NCBI RefSeq assembly: GCF_009914755.1
Contig: NC_060946.1
DNA length: 64,000 nucleotides
Strand: one strand, 5' to 3'
Source of the DNA: the human T2T-CHM13v2.0 reference genome, Homo sapiens
Part shown: in pieces, positions 42,840 to 57,561 of the stretch
Layout of the letters: each line of letters begins with the position of its first letter
Numbering within the stretch: position 1 is the stretch's first letter
Notes under the pieces: generated by a model
Database searches by the model: none
Told to the model about the DNA's origin: nothing
Seen by the model: only the letters and a program-made list of their open reading frames with translations
Translations under genes and position numbers: made by a program

Positions 42840-43155
42840 CTATATTTGTGTTAAAATTGTAACCCCGGGCGTAATGCTATAAGGAGGTAGAAAGTAATTA
42901 ACCCCTTAGGGTGGGACCCTCATAATACAGATTACTGGCTTTATACAAGAAACCGCAGAGGGCTCTCATCCTCCTGCAAAATGAGGGTAAAACCTGAAGT
43001 GTGCAGGCTGAAATTCAGAAGCCAGTCATCACCAGATCTCAACCATGCTGACACCCTGATCTCAAATTTGAACCTCTGGAGGTATGAGAAATTAAGTCCT
43101 GTTGTCTATATGCTGCCTATCTATGGTTCTTTGGCATAGCAGCCTGAACTAATAC
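42840..43155 (+). mobile_element. MaLR LTR (MST/MLT1A-like)
   Basis: accatgctgacaccctgatctcaaa...tatgagaaattaa...atagcagcctgaactaataca. Confidence 0.7.
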
Positions 43156-43804
43156 AAAAGGGATATCCTTTTCTGTGTTTCATTGTAGAGAAGCTGAATT
43201 TGTACCCCCTATACTGTTAAAAAAAAGACTTAAAAAATGGATCTTCAGAATGAAAGATAGGAAACGGCTTGTTGAAACACTAAAATTTTAACTGCTATAA
43301 GTTTTTTAAACATTGGCTGAAATTGTTGGAACCAATATGGCCAACTGAAGTCCATGAAGCATCAGTTTGCAGACTTTGGAGCCCAAATTTCCATTGTGTG
43401 CTTCATACTAACTCTCCCTGAATTTGTATGTGACCTGTGAGGAAACAAGAAGAGATGACTGTATATGTCTCATGACTTTCCATATTCCTACTTTCCTTCC
43501 AGCAATCCCCTACAGAACCCACCTATTAGGCCTTTTCTAATCACTGCCTTAAAGCCAGTATGACAAAACAAATTTGATTTGAACTCCTATCTCCTTGTTA
43601 GCCAACATACAAGATGATATTTTCCTCAAAACCGAAGGGCCATAGTACTGGCATCAGGAAGTATTCCATTTTATTCAATAAAAAACTGAGTCACTCAATA
43701 CCTAGTACTGGGAGACTTTGTGAAGACTTCCTCTGTCATAGAAGTGATAAGGCACATGGATATGATTCTAAATATAAAGAGAAAGCACTAGAAAGTTGAA
43801 TTCC

Positions 43805-44138
43805 TGTATTAGATCATTCTCATACTGCAATGATGGAGTACCTGAGACTGGGTAACTTATAAAGTAAAGAAGTTTAATTGACTCACATTTCCACATAATT
43901 GTGGGGGCACCTCAGAAACCTTCCAATTACAGTGGCTGACAAGTGAAGTGAGTGAGAGCATGGGATGTACCAGATGCTTATGAAACTATCAGATCTCGTG
44001 AGAACTCACTATCACAAGAACAGCATGAGGAGAACCCGTCCCCATAATCCAATCATCTCCCCTCAGGTTTTCCCTTAACACCTAGGGGTTATAATACACA
44101 ATGAGTTTTGGGTGGGGACGCACAGCTAAACTATATGA
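43805..44138 (-). mobile_element. THE1/MSTA LTR
   Basis: tgtattagatcattctcatactgc...tacctgagactgggtaacttataaag...cagatctcgtgagaactcactatcacaagaacagc. Confidence 0.9.
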
Positions 44139-44358
44139 ATGCCAGAGGACAGTATCTACATTTAATTTCAACTTCATACTGGAGCAGAATGAAAATGAGG
44201 CCCAGTGGAGAAGTGATATTTCCAAGATCACCCTGGCAGACACCAGGCCTGTTTGAGTTGTGGCCCATGCTACCTCCCACCTATTCTCCTAATGCTTCCA
44301 TCTCTAAGTGTGTGCATTATCTACAGGTGACACTACATCATTATTTTTATGTCTTATC

Positions 44359-44670
<312 letters not shown>

Positions 44671-45597
44671 ACTGTCTTATCTTATATACACCTAATACAT
44701 TCCCTAGGAAGTAGATGTTAGCATCATCACCACTGTGCATGTTAGGAGGCTGGGGAAGCCTTGAATACAGTGACTTTTACTGGGTCCCAGAGATGGTAAG
44801 AAAAACAAAGTTATGTTCCAGCTGTCTCTTCTCTCCTGGAACCCAGGTTGCATTTAGGTCTTTCCAGGGAATTAAGGGGAAGTTGTGTTTGCATAATTGT
44901 GTACAAATAAAGAGTTGACATGGAAGAGGAGACTGAGCAATCAGTAGCATAGTGGGGCCTTTCGGTATGTCTTACAGAAACATAGGGCCCAGTAGATGGA
45001 ACCTTGAAGAGTTTAACACACTTTCTTGGTGTCAGAACCCAACAGCAGTTAAGAAACCAGGAATCCACATTCTTGAGACAGCTCTGTATCCACCTCTGTT
45101 TGTGAGAGTTGCTCAAGAGAGTGAGATGCTGTTTCATTGTGCCCTGAAATTTCTGAGTTTCAGCCTTACAAAGGCTCAATGTAAAAGTCTTATCTGATAA
45201 CACAGATGTCAACTGAGCCCTCATCACTGATGTCCCTGGCTATTGGCCGGGTGCACCTACAAATAACACAGGGCAGCCCAGGACAGGCCCCTCCAAGCCA
45301 TCCTCTCTTGTCAACTCATCTGGGCAGTTCCACACCACTTCTTAGTACAATGAGTTGGATGGGGAGCAAGAGGGAGGGCACTCTTCTTGGACTGAAGTAG
45401 ATTGTCGGATGTTGGAACTCTTGTGTACCTGTCATGTTCATACCTAGGCCATAGCTGGCAGAATAAAAAGAAGAGGGTTGGAGAATGAGTCTGTGTACTC
45501 AGATGTGAATTCCAAGACTTTAACTTGTCCTCTGGTTTCCTTCCTTCATGGAGATTTATACAGATTCTCCTTATGTGCCTAATCTGAAGAGCAGAAT

Positions 45598-45800
45598 TTC
45601 TTTTATTTTCTTTTTTCTTTTTTCCTTTCTTCTTTTCTCTTTTCTTTTCTTTCTTTCTCTTTCTTTCTTTCTTCTTTCTTTCTTTTTTTTCTTTCTCTTT
45701 CTTTCTTTCCATCTCTCTCTTTCTTTCTTTCTTTCCTTCTCTCTCTCTTTCTTTTTTATTTATCATGAAGTCTCACTCTGTTACCCAGGCTGGAGTGCAG
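45598..45800 (-). repeat. (TTTC)n/CT-rich tract grown from the tail of a short Alu 3' fragment
   Basis: Pyrimidine tract followed by gtctcactctgttacccaggctggagtgcag. Confidence 0.85.
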
Positions 45801-46794
45801 AGAAAAGCAGAATTTCTAATGGAGGTGTCACATACGGTCAAAGCAAGGCAGAACACAGACTTTTCTTTGCGTGGTTTCTAGGCACATTTACAAAGCTGCA
45901 TTCAGATTGATGAGGAGCTTCATCATTCAGTTTAATGTGGCCAACTCCTCCCTCTTTTTGGAAAAGAGCAGGTGCACTAAACCAGCAAACACAGCCAGCA
46001 CTGGGCTGTGCTGAGAGCAGCCACATAGGGGTCTCTACAGACAGAAACCCGAGAAGACCGGGAAAGAACCAGGACCCAGACTCAAATATGAAAAATCTCT
46101 GGGCTTTGTCCTACGGCCTTCCCATGAGTAACTCATAGCCTTGTTCCAGTGGAATCTGGCCTTCACTAGTCTCAGTGGCAAGTTGGTTATGTGGAAAGTC
46201 TCTCTTCACACACTTGTGCGAATAACGATAAAGAATTTTGTATTGTTTTCACTCTACATTAGACCATGAGTATTTATGCCTGTGGCTGCAGTTTGTATTA
46301 GTTTCCGGCCCCAGGTATCTCCTGCAGCATGCAGCTTCAGTCCTATCGGACCCTCAAAACTTAAAAGCTAACACTATTACTAGGGAGGATTTCGCAGGAA
46401 AATGGTGAGAGGGTTACACACAAAAAAGGTTAAACTACTCTATGCATGTTTCTGCAATGTGTTATCTCAGGAACTCATTTCTGTAGCCCATCAGGGCAGG
46501 AGCTGGGCTCTCACCTGTTGATAATATTCCATAAGGGAGGTTCTTCCCCACAGTGTTTAGTCTTCCAACGCTGGTACAGCCTGACATGATGACATTCTAC
46601 TTTCATGTCGGTCATGCTGCAGGGAAAATTCTGTGAGTGTCCTAATAGGCTGGAATAATTTGCTAGGGTGAACCCCATCTTTGGTGCTCACTTTTCTGTT
46701 ATCTTGTAATTAGCTTTATTCTCAGCAAATCCATGTCTATTTTATTTATCTGTTTATTTACTTATTTTTATGTATGGAAAAACACTTTTTTTTA

Positions 46795-47080
46795 TTTACT
46801 TATTTATTTAGAGACAGGGTCTCCGTCTGTTACCCAAGCTGGAGTACAGTGGTAGAGTGCTGTGATCATGGCTCATTGCAGCTTCAAACTCTTGGGCTCA
46901 AATGATTCTCTCACCTCAGCCTCCTGTGCCACCATGCCCTGCTAGTTGATTTTAATTTTTTATAAAGAAGGAGACTCATTAGGCAGCCCAGGCTGGTCTC
47001 AAACTCCTGGGCCCAAGCAATTCTCTCATCTCAGCCTCCCAAAGCACTGGGATTAAAAACATGAGCCACTGTACTGAGCT
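46795..47080 (-). mobile_element. AluJ
   Basis: agagacagggtctcc...gctcattgcagcttcaaactcttgggctcaa. Confidence 0.88.
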
Positions 47081-47274
47081 GTGCCTACTTCAAAAGACTG
47101 AAAATAAAAAATCAATAAATCTTTGCCAAATTAAAAAACAAAACAATAGTTTCCAGGTCTTAGACAAAGACAATTCTGTGTCATGAAGGTGGCAAAAGGC
47201 TTATTTAGCTGTTAAAATGATTTGCTTATATTTCAAAGAAGCAGAGAAAAAAAGATACATATAAAAGTTTTCCA

Positions 47275-47707
47275 GGCCAGGCACGGCTGTTCATGCCTGT
47301 AATCCCAACATTTGGGGAGGCCAAGGCAGGAGGATATCTTGAAGCCAAATGTTTGAGTCCAGTACAGGCAACATGGTGAAATTCTGTCACCATAAAAAAA
47401 TAAATAAAATAAATATGGCTGGGCATGGTGGTTCACGCTTGTAATACCAGCACTTTGGGAGTCGGAGGCAGGTGGATAATGAGGTCAGGGGTTCGAGACC
47501 AGCCTGGCCAAAATGGTGAAACCCTTTCTCTCCTAAAAATAATAACAATAAAAAATCAGCCAGGCATGGTGCTGTGCGCCTGTAATGCCAGCTACTCAAA
47601 AGGTTGAAGCAAGAGAATTGCTTGAACCTGGGAGGTGGAGGTTGCATTGAGCTAAGATCATGCCACTACACTCTAGCCTGACCCACAGAGCAAGACACTG
47701 TCTTGAA

Positions 47708-47746
<39 letters not shown>

Positions 47747-47905
47747 AGTTAGCCAGGCCTGGAGGTGCATGCCTATAGTCCTAGGTAATTAAGAGGTTGA
47801 GGCAGGAGGACTGCTCAAACCCAAGAAGTTAAGGTTATAGTGAGCTATGATTATGCCATTGCACTTCAGACTAAGCAAAAGAGTAAGATTCCATCTCAAA
47901 AAATT
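47275..47905 (+). mobile_element. AluJ with an AluS (47417-47747, (TAAA)n tail) inserted in its A-rich linker
   Basis: Left arm 47275-47415, complete Alu, then right arm resumes ttagccaggcctggagg. Confidence 0.88.
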
Positions 47906-48739
47906 ACTAAAAAAAGTTCTCTAAATTACATTGTTTAAGAAAAGGGAAAAGAAAAAATATCTTTTTTAATTTTCAAATGGGAGGATAGAGCCTCTCATTT
48001 CTAATATGTATTTCCTTCTGCAAAAACATGGCCTAGGCCCATGGTCTTGAACTACTGGACATCTGAATTTTAGTAGGTGCTGGATTCAGGCAACTGAGGG
48101 GTGGCTTGGACACACTAAGTGCACGTAAATAAAAGGTTTGAGGTGAACTAAAAGGTAAAAGAGGGGAAGGTGCTATTAAGAACCCACAATTGGGAGACAT
48201 TACAGGGTTGGTGGAAGGACTGGTTCATGCTACAGATACTGACCCAGGTGAAACTTTACTCTGACTTATTTCTGTGTCCATGCAGGAAGACGAGATTATG
48301 ATCAGGTGGCACAGAAACCTGGGATGGTGAAAAAACCAGGTTGCCCCTGCAGATTCGGTGTCTGAGGTAGAGCATATGCCAGGGGTCTTGTAGGCACGTG
48401 TGTGGGTTTTTGGTGGGAAAGTCTATGAGGATAGGTAGCATGGGCCACAATCTTTATGCCGAAGCCCTGTGCTGGGAGGGGCTTGACCACGTCAACATGC
48501 AGTGTGTATGTTCAGTGGGTGAAAAACATGTGGTGGCCTCAGGTTGGCAGGAGGGTAGAAGGCATCTGTTCTCAGAACTTCTTCCCTCAGAGTCGTCGGT
48601 CCTTCTTACCATGGGAGGATGCCTGGAACCACAGGGCAGTGCATGGTGTAGCAGCCTGTGTGCAGAGCAGAGCCTACCTTCCCCGAGACACCTGGAGTCT
48701 CTCTCCAGCAGAGGCCCCCACATTGTCTTTCTTTTTATG

Positions 48740-49110
48740 TTTTTGATCCTAAATGTGGAAAGTTCCCTGAAAACCCACTGATTCTCCAACACCCATTTGT
48801 TGCCTCAAAATTTAATTCTGACACAACTTAGAGTTCGCACAGACCCCACAAATTCAGGGCTCAGTCCCACATCACCTCTCTCACTGTAGAGGAGAGTTAC
48901 ACATCCCTGAAGCCCATCTACACTTCTGAGCTACCTCCTATAAATCTGAGACTAGCATAAACCCCTTTTCAAGTTAAATAATTTGATAGAATTACTAAAA
49001 AGAAAACCTCAACAAATAACTGTAATTATATTTACTACTTTATTATAAAAATATAACTCAGAAACAGCCAAATGGAAGAGATGTCTAGGGCAAGGAACAG
49101 TTGTGGGTGA
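48740..49110. mobile_element. MER21-like LTR
   Basis: aattctgacac...cagaccccacaaattcagggctcagtcccac...aactcagaaacagccaaatggaagagatg. Confidence 0.7.
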
Positions 49111-50030
49111 AGGTAATCCTGGAAATAGCTATATTTAAAGAAATTCCCCCATTCTTTGCATTCTCAAAGAACAGCTTAGTGAAGAGAAATGTGCTTCCCG
49201 TGATGACTTTGAGGATGCTCCCTGCTGTTTTTTTAACCTATCACAAAAATGGACACAGGTTGCAAATTCCCATTTTTAAAAATCAACAACCATTCAGTAA
49301 TTTAGTCTTCAGTGGTCAAAATAACATACTCTTTACAGAAACTTTGCTTGTTTCTCTTCTTCCAAACAGCCCCTGAACTTTGACTCACCCACAGCTTCAG
49401 CAAACCTACAACCCTTATTTATACATAACCCTCCTAAGAACAGGCTGAGTTCAAGGTGAAACATTATCTTATCTGGGATCTCATTTTGCTACCCTCCATC
49501 CTGTGCTTCCTTTCCAACCTTCTTTGTAAACTTGTTTTCTCCTCCCTATGAAATAAGGCACTTTTCCACCTAACCTTAGAGATACTCAAAGATCTAATCA
49601 TTTGTACTTTTTCTTTGTTGCAATACTTCTTAGGTAACTTCTTAGACCAAGTCTAGAAACAGTCTGAGGACAATAACAATTCCATTCTAAAAAGAATCTC
49701 CCAACATTTCTTCTATCTCTACCTCAACTGCATCTGCCTGTGAACTTCCAGCTTACCAAGGCTCTATATCTTCTGGCAGTGACAAAGGCTCCTTCCATGA
49801 TTGGTGTGAGTAGGCTTGGACACCTGCAGGGCAGACACCCAGGAATAATCAACTGAGCCTTCAGTGGTCCTCTTTTGCTGGGTCAAGGTGGGCCTTAGCT
49901 TTTAGTTGATGGTCTAAGACTTCTACTTACCAGTTAGTCATTCAGTTAGTTTCCAATTCAAAAAATACTTCATGTTTGAAGAATCCAGCAAAAATTATTC
50001 AAATCTAAGGTATAAAAGAGAGGAAATTAC

Positions 50031-50343
<313 letters not shown>

Positions 50344-51671
50344 TTATAAGGGGCTTATATCTTATAATTCATCAAGAAAAGCCAAAGTATCTATCTCTTT
50401 CAGAAAATAAACATGTAATTTAATTATGTTCATAACAAATCATTTAGTAAACAATCATATGTGAACACTTCCAGGCGGTGCCAAGTCCCAGCTCCTAAAA
50501 CTTAGTGTTACCCTCAAACACCCAGATGACAGCATATGAAACAGAGATATTCACTATCAGAAGTTCTCTGTTTTGAAAAAAGAATAACTGATGTGATAAA
50601 TTTATGTAATTTAACAATTAATCTACCTCACGTGCTTGTAGGTATGTATTCATTTCCTACCACGGTAGTGGAAGAGAGACTATCCCTATCTATACACCTG
50701 GTAACATTCCCAACAGTAAGCCGTGAGATTCTGCTTGAAATCACCTCTCAGACAAATAAAAAACAGTCCTGGGAAATGTACAACACTCATTCTGCTAAAG
50801 AAATAGGCAAGTAACAATTTTTAACAAGTGAAATATATTACTACTTAATTTTATTCAAAATTCACCAACTTAATGTGCTTTATAAATATTCTCATACCTT
50901 TGAAGCTCTACTGATAAAACATAATTTACAGTTAATGAAAAAGTGAAGTTAAAATAAATACAATCATATTTTCAAGGTGACAAAATTAGAAGGTGACAAT
51001 GCTGATTGAAACACAGACATATCTGACCCAAGGGTCAAGTCAAGCCGTTCTATTACTTGGGATATTTTCCCTGCTCCTATCTGGTTCAGTGATGTGGGTC
51101 ATGAGCGTCCTACCAGGAGCTGCTACGCTCTGCTCCACTGTGTCTGTAAGGTGCATTTTACTTTGCAGGTTTTTGCACTGCCTCACTAGGTTGGGTTTCT
51201 TTATCCTTTGAAATATTTTCTCTCCCTTCACCAATCTGAGGACATTTTTTCCTCAATATCAGCATCCAGTTGCCTGGCCTGCAATGTGTCTCTAAGGAAT
51301 GGAAACTAAGCGTTGGGGTAAGAAATTCTTAATGTCCTAAGGGGTTTGCTTTTAACGCAAAGGTATACGTGGAGATTCCTTCCAGGTATAGTGCATCCAA
51401 CCACTCCAAAAAGAGGCTGCATTCCCATACCTTGGGCTGTTCCCTGAGAGGAGATGACACAAGGGATGCTATTTACTAGACACTTCAAGAGTCATGGCCA
51501 GTGTTGGTATCTTGGGGATTCTCAAGCAGTTTTGAAACCCAAAACCAAGAAAATAACACAGGATGGCTGAGGATGTATTGCCCTGTGAGGTTTCTGAAAT
51601 GAAACCTCAACCCAAAGACATTCTGATGGGGTGTCTGTGCCAAGGCAAGATTAAAGAAAGGGGCACAAATA

Positions 51672-51702
<31 letters not shown>

Positions 51703-52577
51703 ACTGTGGATTGTCAGGGGATTATTATCTGCTTTCATGTCCTGTAAAATGTTTACAAATGAAAAATATTTTTTTAAGTGCCATCCACTGCTTTTTGAAA
51801 AAATGCAGAATTAAAATACTGTGTCTAAAATGTACAATAAAGAACAGTTGATAATGTTGTGAGTTACACAAGGTTAGTTAGTGTTGGTAAGTGTCAGGAA
51901 AGAACTGGAAATTTAAACTCTGACTGCAAGCAAGAGTTAGGCTGGGGTAACAGGGTGGTAGATTTGAGGCTCTTCTTGCCACACATTTGGAAAATGCATG
52001 AGAAAACGAATTCTTTTTTGGAGCATTAAAACAACTAAAAAACAGGCGATTGCATTGAGGTGGCTCTAGTGTACTGACCTCTGAGTGGAGAGACAGGCAA
52101 AGGCATCCCTAGATCCAAAAAGCTGTCCATTCTTCTCCAGCTGTGCACCTGATTAGATAATTTCCACTCCAGCACCCGTGACTGGATATAGTTCAATTCC
52201 CCACCAAGCCCCCTCAGGCCATGAGTGACATATGTGATTTGACACTGGATTGAATAAAGCAAGAATTATAGGTTTTTCCTGGATCCTTTTCTGGCAGGGC
52301 TTCCTTCATGCACTGGACACTGGCCCTGCCTGTAAAATACTTGCATTTTCATTTGTGTGTAAGATTATTTGTATTTATGAAAAATATATATGTGTTATTC
52401 ATACATGGAAGCAATATAATGACAATTATTTTAAAATTTCAGATTTTTTACTTTCCTGGCACATCCAGGTTTTAGAGCAGGCAGCCTGAGATTTCAAAAA
52501 TGAGGCAATTCTCTAAGAAATAATATGTGAGGCACATGTGAATTTTAAATATTCTAGTAGCTACATTTTAATAAATA

Positions 52578-52878
52578 CACCAGGCATGGTTGCCTGTGCC
52601 TGTAGGTTGAAATGTTTGGGAGACTGATGTGGGAGGATCATTTGAGGCAAGGAGTTTGAGACTAGCCCATGCAGCATAGAAAAAGCCATCTCAACAACAA
52701 CAACAACAACAAAAAATTGAAAAATTAGCCATGCCTGGTGTATGCCTTCAGTCCCAGCTACTCAGAAGGCTGGAGCTGGAGGATCACCTGAGCCTGGGAG
52801 GTCAAGGCTGCAGTGAGCCATGATCACACCACTGCACTCCAGCCTCACTGACAGAACAAAACTCTGACTCAAAAAACT
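52578..52878 (+). mobile_element. AluJ with (CAA)n linker
   Basis: ggaggatcacctgagcctgggaggtcaaggctgcagtgagccatgatc. Confidence 0.9.
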
Positions 52879-53084
52879 GATCTCTGGAAAGGCATTTTCT
52901 TTTTCTGCAACGTAGCCAAATAGCTAAATTTGTATTGAAGCCATCCTTTAATTTTTAACAGGGCAAGAATATTTTCTAAGACCCTGAACTCCAGATATGT
53001 GATGGGGCAAATCCTGAAGCGTACATGGCTATCTCTCACAGCTAAAGCATCCCTCACCCCTATCCAGCGCTTCTTACCCCTGGC

Positions 53085-53240
53085 GCAAGAGAATCACCTG
53101 CGGGGAGGAAAACTTTCAAAATCCCTTAAACCCAAGTTGTAACCGCTCAATTAAATCAGAATCCTTGGAGCTGGATCTGAAAAAAATATGGTTGAAAGTC
53201 GTGCAGGTGATTACAATGTGTAGGCGAGCCAGAAAACCAT
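53085..53240. mobile_element. MER5A-like DNA transposon remnant
   Basis: agaatcacctg...aattaaatcagaatc...caggtgattacaatgtg. Confidence 0.65.
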
Positions 53241-54114
53241 GGCTTTAACGAGCAGCTTTTGTTAGAAATGATTTCTCAAATGAATGTAAAAACGTTTGCT
53301 GCTGAATTGTGACCTTTCAATTTTACCTGCTTTTCCTGCAAAGTATATTTTGCAGACCCAGGCTGGCTTCTCCTTCTGTTCCTGGTTCACCCAGTGCCGT
53401 GTGTGCTCAGTGCATCCTGTGCACGGGTCACTGTGCTGTGTGCGCTGGCCTGGGTGAGCATCATTCTTCGGGGAGAACCTTTCTGAAAACAAAGCTGCAA
53501 TCCAAAAAGTTAAAACCATGCTACTTACTGTACTGAGGTAAAAATTAAAAGACCTAGGGGACTCTTCCAAAAGTTAAAACGTAAATAAATATCTTGGAAC
53601 ATTAATATACACCTGACGATGTCCTGAGTGAACACGCCCCACTTTAAAACAAAACAAAACATTACTATTATTCTAAAATATTAATTTAGGATTGTTATGC
53701 AAATATGTACTATTTAAATATTTATTGATGAATAACTTGCATACAGCAATATAGGAACAAAATATTTATGGAATGCTTGATGAATTATTACTAAATAAAT
53801 ACACTTGTGTATGTAAGAATCAGATTTGCTCATGCTCTTGACACTTTCTCCTTCCCAAAGGTAACCAAGACCTTAAGAGCTAAGTGTAGATAAACTTTGT
53901 CATTTTCTACACGTGTTTTATTACAGAACATTAAAAACGTATACATAATACAAAAAAAGGATAACAGACCAGTCACCCAGATTTAACAGCTACTAGTCAT
54001 GTGTCATTTTTGTTTCACCTATACTTCCAGCCATTCCCACCCCAATTTCATTATTTTTTAGCCTTTTTGGATAAAATGTATATTCATTGCAAGGTACAAT
54101 GTGAACTGTGAATA

Positions 54115-54237
54115 GTAGAGAGATGGGGTTTCACCAAGTTGACCATGCTAGTCTTGAACTCCTGTCCTCAGGTGATCCACCTGCTTCGGCTTCCCAAATT
54201 GCTGGGATTACAGGCATAAGCCAATATACTCAGCCTG
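54115..54237 (-). mobile_element. Alu left-arm fragment
   Basis: agtagagagatggggtttcacc...ctcaggtgatccacctgc. Confidence 0.88.
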
Positions 54238-56432
54238 AGAATTCATACTTCTAAGAAAGTACAAATCCATAGGGCACATGAGAACTGCAATGTCTATCTA
54301 CAGTAAATACAGTTTGATAAATAAAATGAAAGGCAATTGACCTAAGGTGAAAAAAAAAACAAAAAACAATCAAAGCATGGGTACTATGTGTCATCTGTAA
54401 GAGCATTTGGTTAAGAATAACAAACAAACCAGTTTTATCGTTTTAATAGCCGAAATTGGCAAAATTTCTAGTTTTTCTTTCATAGGAATGCTCTTTGCAA
54501 GAAAAAATTTTCATATAGTGAGAGCAAAAATGGCAACCATTTGCAAGTAAATGTCTTATGAAATTAAGTAGCAGATATCAAGCTCATGACCTTCAGATAG
54601 TTACCCCTAACTCAATCACTTACATAGCAAGTGCAGATAATTTTCATAGCTCCCTATTAAAATTATATTTGAATGCCCTTACAAATTGTGACTGTTTTTA
54701 AATAAAGTTGACCAACTAAAATTTTGTATATGACATATGATAAATTCCCCTTCAAGTCACCTTACATTTACTTAATTTTATTAGGCAGTGTCTGTCTACC
54801 ACCCAATAATACTTGACGATTCTCCCTCCATTTGCACAGGCATCATAGCTGGGAAACGGATTCACAAGACCCAGGCTGTTCCCTACATATGTTTCCTCCT
54901 CCGACATCAGTTCATCAGTCAATCAAGCCATGTGAGAGTGGAGGCCTTGTATTCCCTATTATTCTTGGGCACTCTACTCCAAGTAGGAAAAGGCCAGGAG
55001 GTCCTGTTAAAGGATGCACTCAGAGCCCGGGCTCCCTAACATATGAGAGTGCTAACCAGCAGGTGTAGACTTTTCAGGAGTGAAGAATGAGGCAGGCATT
55101 CCAAACCTGGACCTTCATCACCTTTTGTTTCATCTCAAGACAATTCTGAGGGACTGTTTTGGAGCGTGTCTGGAAGGTGAACCTTGAAGAAGAGTGTGGG
55201 CTTTGATGTGACTCAGTTGAGATCTTTCATGGGGAGGCAGGAATTCAATGCCCAGAATCTGGGCTGGTGTCTTTGAGGTCAGTAGGTTGCGTCTTTGTAT
55301 CCAAGTCCATTGTTACTAGGTTGGAGGCTGGAGATTCTAAATGGCTTCCAGACCATCTCTCTGATTCTCTTTGGGAGATGGGGTCTGAAAGACAATATCA
55401 GTAGTTTTGGGAAATTCTAGAAAGTGTGCTTGGAAACGTGGGAAGAGCTCTTGCCTAGTGCCTAAATGCTCCATTTGCAGCTCTAGCCAAGTAGATACTT
55501 GGTAGGTATAGAGCCGGGTTTGCGTTTATATCAGCAAAACCTATGTCAGAGTTGAAGAAGTAGTCAGGAAAAAGCGTCTTGGTCGCAGGCCGGGGAACAT
55601 CTTAAAAGCAAACTTCTAGCCTGCTGACTCTTGGCAATGAGTGTTGGATCCTGGCTAAAGTGCCTTGAATGCAGCATGAGGCCAATCCATGAATCCAACT
55701 TCTCATGGAGAAATGTTAATATTTTTTCAGTTTGAATTAATCAGGGTGAAACTACCATGCTATTGGTTTGCTTACTTTTTATTATTTCATGTAAAATCTA
55801 AGACAAAATACATTAAATGCTTATTGACATATGTATTTATTCTTCACCAGGCTGATAATATCTGCCTAATTTTAAACTTTCTTCCATTTTGTAGGTTTCA
55901 ACTTATTCTATTGTAAGATACTGTTAAATCTAATAGAGGCATTGTCACTTTTACGTATAATTTTATTTTATTTCATATATTTCCTATTGGCTTTTTACAT
56001 TTAAATTATGGAGCACTTCATCATATAAAAAACTTCAATTATATTTAAACAGTAAGTCTTTGGATTTTTTTGCCTTGTAATTTCCATATTACATAATAAT
56101 GAGATAAACATTAATGTTTTCAGGGTACTTTAAATTTTAAATAATTACTCATTGTATTCATGTGAAATTTGTTTTTACTGCATGTGTGGGTTGGAGGACT
56201 GTTTTCACTTCTGATTCATCTTTAATCTTATCTCATCAGAGCTCATACCTCTTGTAGTTGGGGGATTGCAGTTTATAATTCCAATAAATGGGGCAAATTC
56301 AATAATAACATAATACAAATGAGTTTGAATGCAGGACAGGTCTTCAAAGCATACACAACATGGGCCTACATATGTACAACAATAATAATTTATAAGTTAC
56401 TGTTTGGATGGAAAGTAAAAGTACAGAAAATT

Positions 56433-56850
56433 TGTTAAAGGAAATTAAAATGGAGATCATGTCTCAATAATCTCTGAGCAGACAAAATTAGTTAGGTCTC
56501 ATAAGTGATCTCAACCTCGCTTGATTTGCAAATACAAACAAAACTTACATTATTTCTTGTAGCTGCATATTGAAAAAAGAGAAATGAAGCTCAACCAGTC
56601 AGAAGTAGCCAACAACCTTATATAAATAGAAACTGTCCAACAAGGTAAACAGACAAACAAAAACCAATAAAAAAAGTTGTGCTACCACCAAATGATTTCT
56701 TTGTTTCTACATTTTTCAAATAAATACTTGCTTCTTACACTGTCAATGAAGCACTCAATATCTTTCCGTCTGATATTTTATAATTTATCAATTGCTCTTA
56801 CTCAAATAAACACTTTGCAATTTCATTGTGTCTCAAATTACTTTTTAGCA
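56433..56850 (+). mobile_element. ERV1-class LTR (MER92/93-like)
   Basis: tgttaaaggaaattaaaatggag...ctgagcagacaaaa...ctcataagtgatctcaacc; ends ctcaaataaa...ttttagca. Confidence 0.6.
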
Positions 56851-57236
56851 GAATAAACTAGGAATAAATATTACAAAAATATCTACGGAATATGGAAAAA
56901 ACATAGAAAGTTTATGAAATATATGAATGTAGACATAAGCAAATAGACAATTTGTATCATATTCTTAGGCAGAAAAACTCAATATTATCAATATCAATTG
57001 TCCTTATAGTTATTTATAAATTCAATTTTGTTCCTATACTGATACCATTAAATATTGCAAGTACACGTTACTATAAAATGTTATATAGATGAAAACACAA
57101 ACAAGAATAGACAAGAAAACTCTGAAAAAAAAAAAAAAAACCCACTGGCAAGCCCTGTGTAAAATCTTGATTGATTAAAAAACTCATGGATCACTGAAAC
57201 TAAAAATTCAGAAATAAACCAAAGTGTCTAAGAAAG

Positions 57237-57561
57237 TGTCATAGTGCATCTTGGCTGCTATAACAAAATACCTTAGACTGGGTAAAGGATAAATAAGAGA
57301 AATGTATTTTTCACAGTTATGGAGTCTGGAAAGTGCAAGATCAAGGCAGCAGCAAATTTCGTATATGGTGAGAGCCCTATTCCCCATAGATGGTACCATC
57401 TCGCACATGGGACAAGGGCATTCCCTTCAACTTCCTTTGAAAGAGCACTGATTCCATTCATGAAGATGAAGAACTCTTGGCTTCACCACTTTCCCAAAGG
57501 CCTGACACCTAAAATTATACACATGAATTTGAAAGGGGACATAAACATTCAGGCCATAGCA
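57237..57561 (-). mobile_element. MSTB/MSTC-like MaLR LTR
   Basis: gctgctataacaaaataccttagactggg...caagatcaaggc...ggggacataaacattcaggccatagca. Confidence 0.88.

Noticed and set aside
45311-45910. K/E/R-rich and F/L/S-rich ORFs
   Set aside because: Derived from the TTTC microsatellite
54788-55039. Hydrophobic ORFs here and at 50993-51211 considered as vomeronasal receptor pseudogene
   Set aside because: No V1R motifs and no long 7TM-like frame
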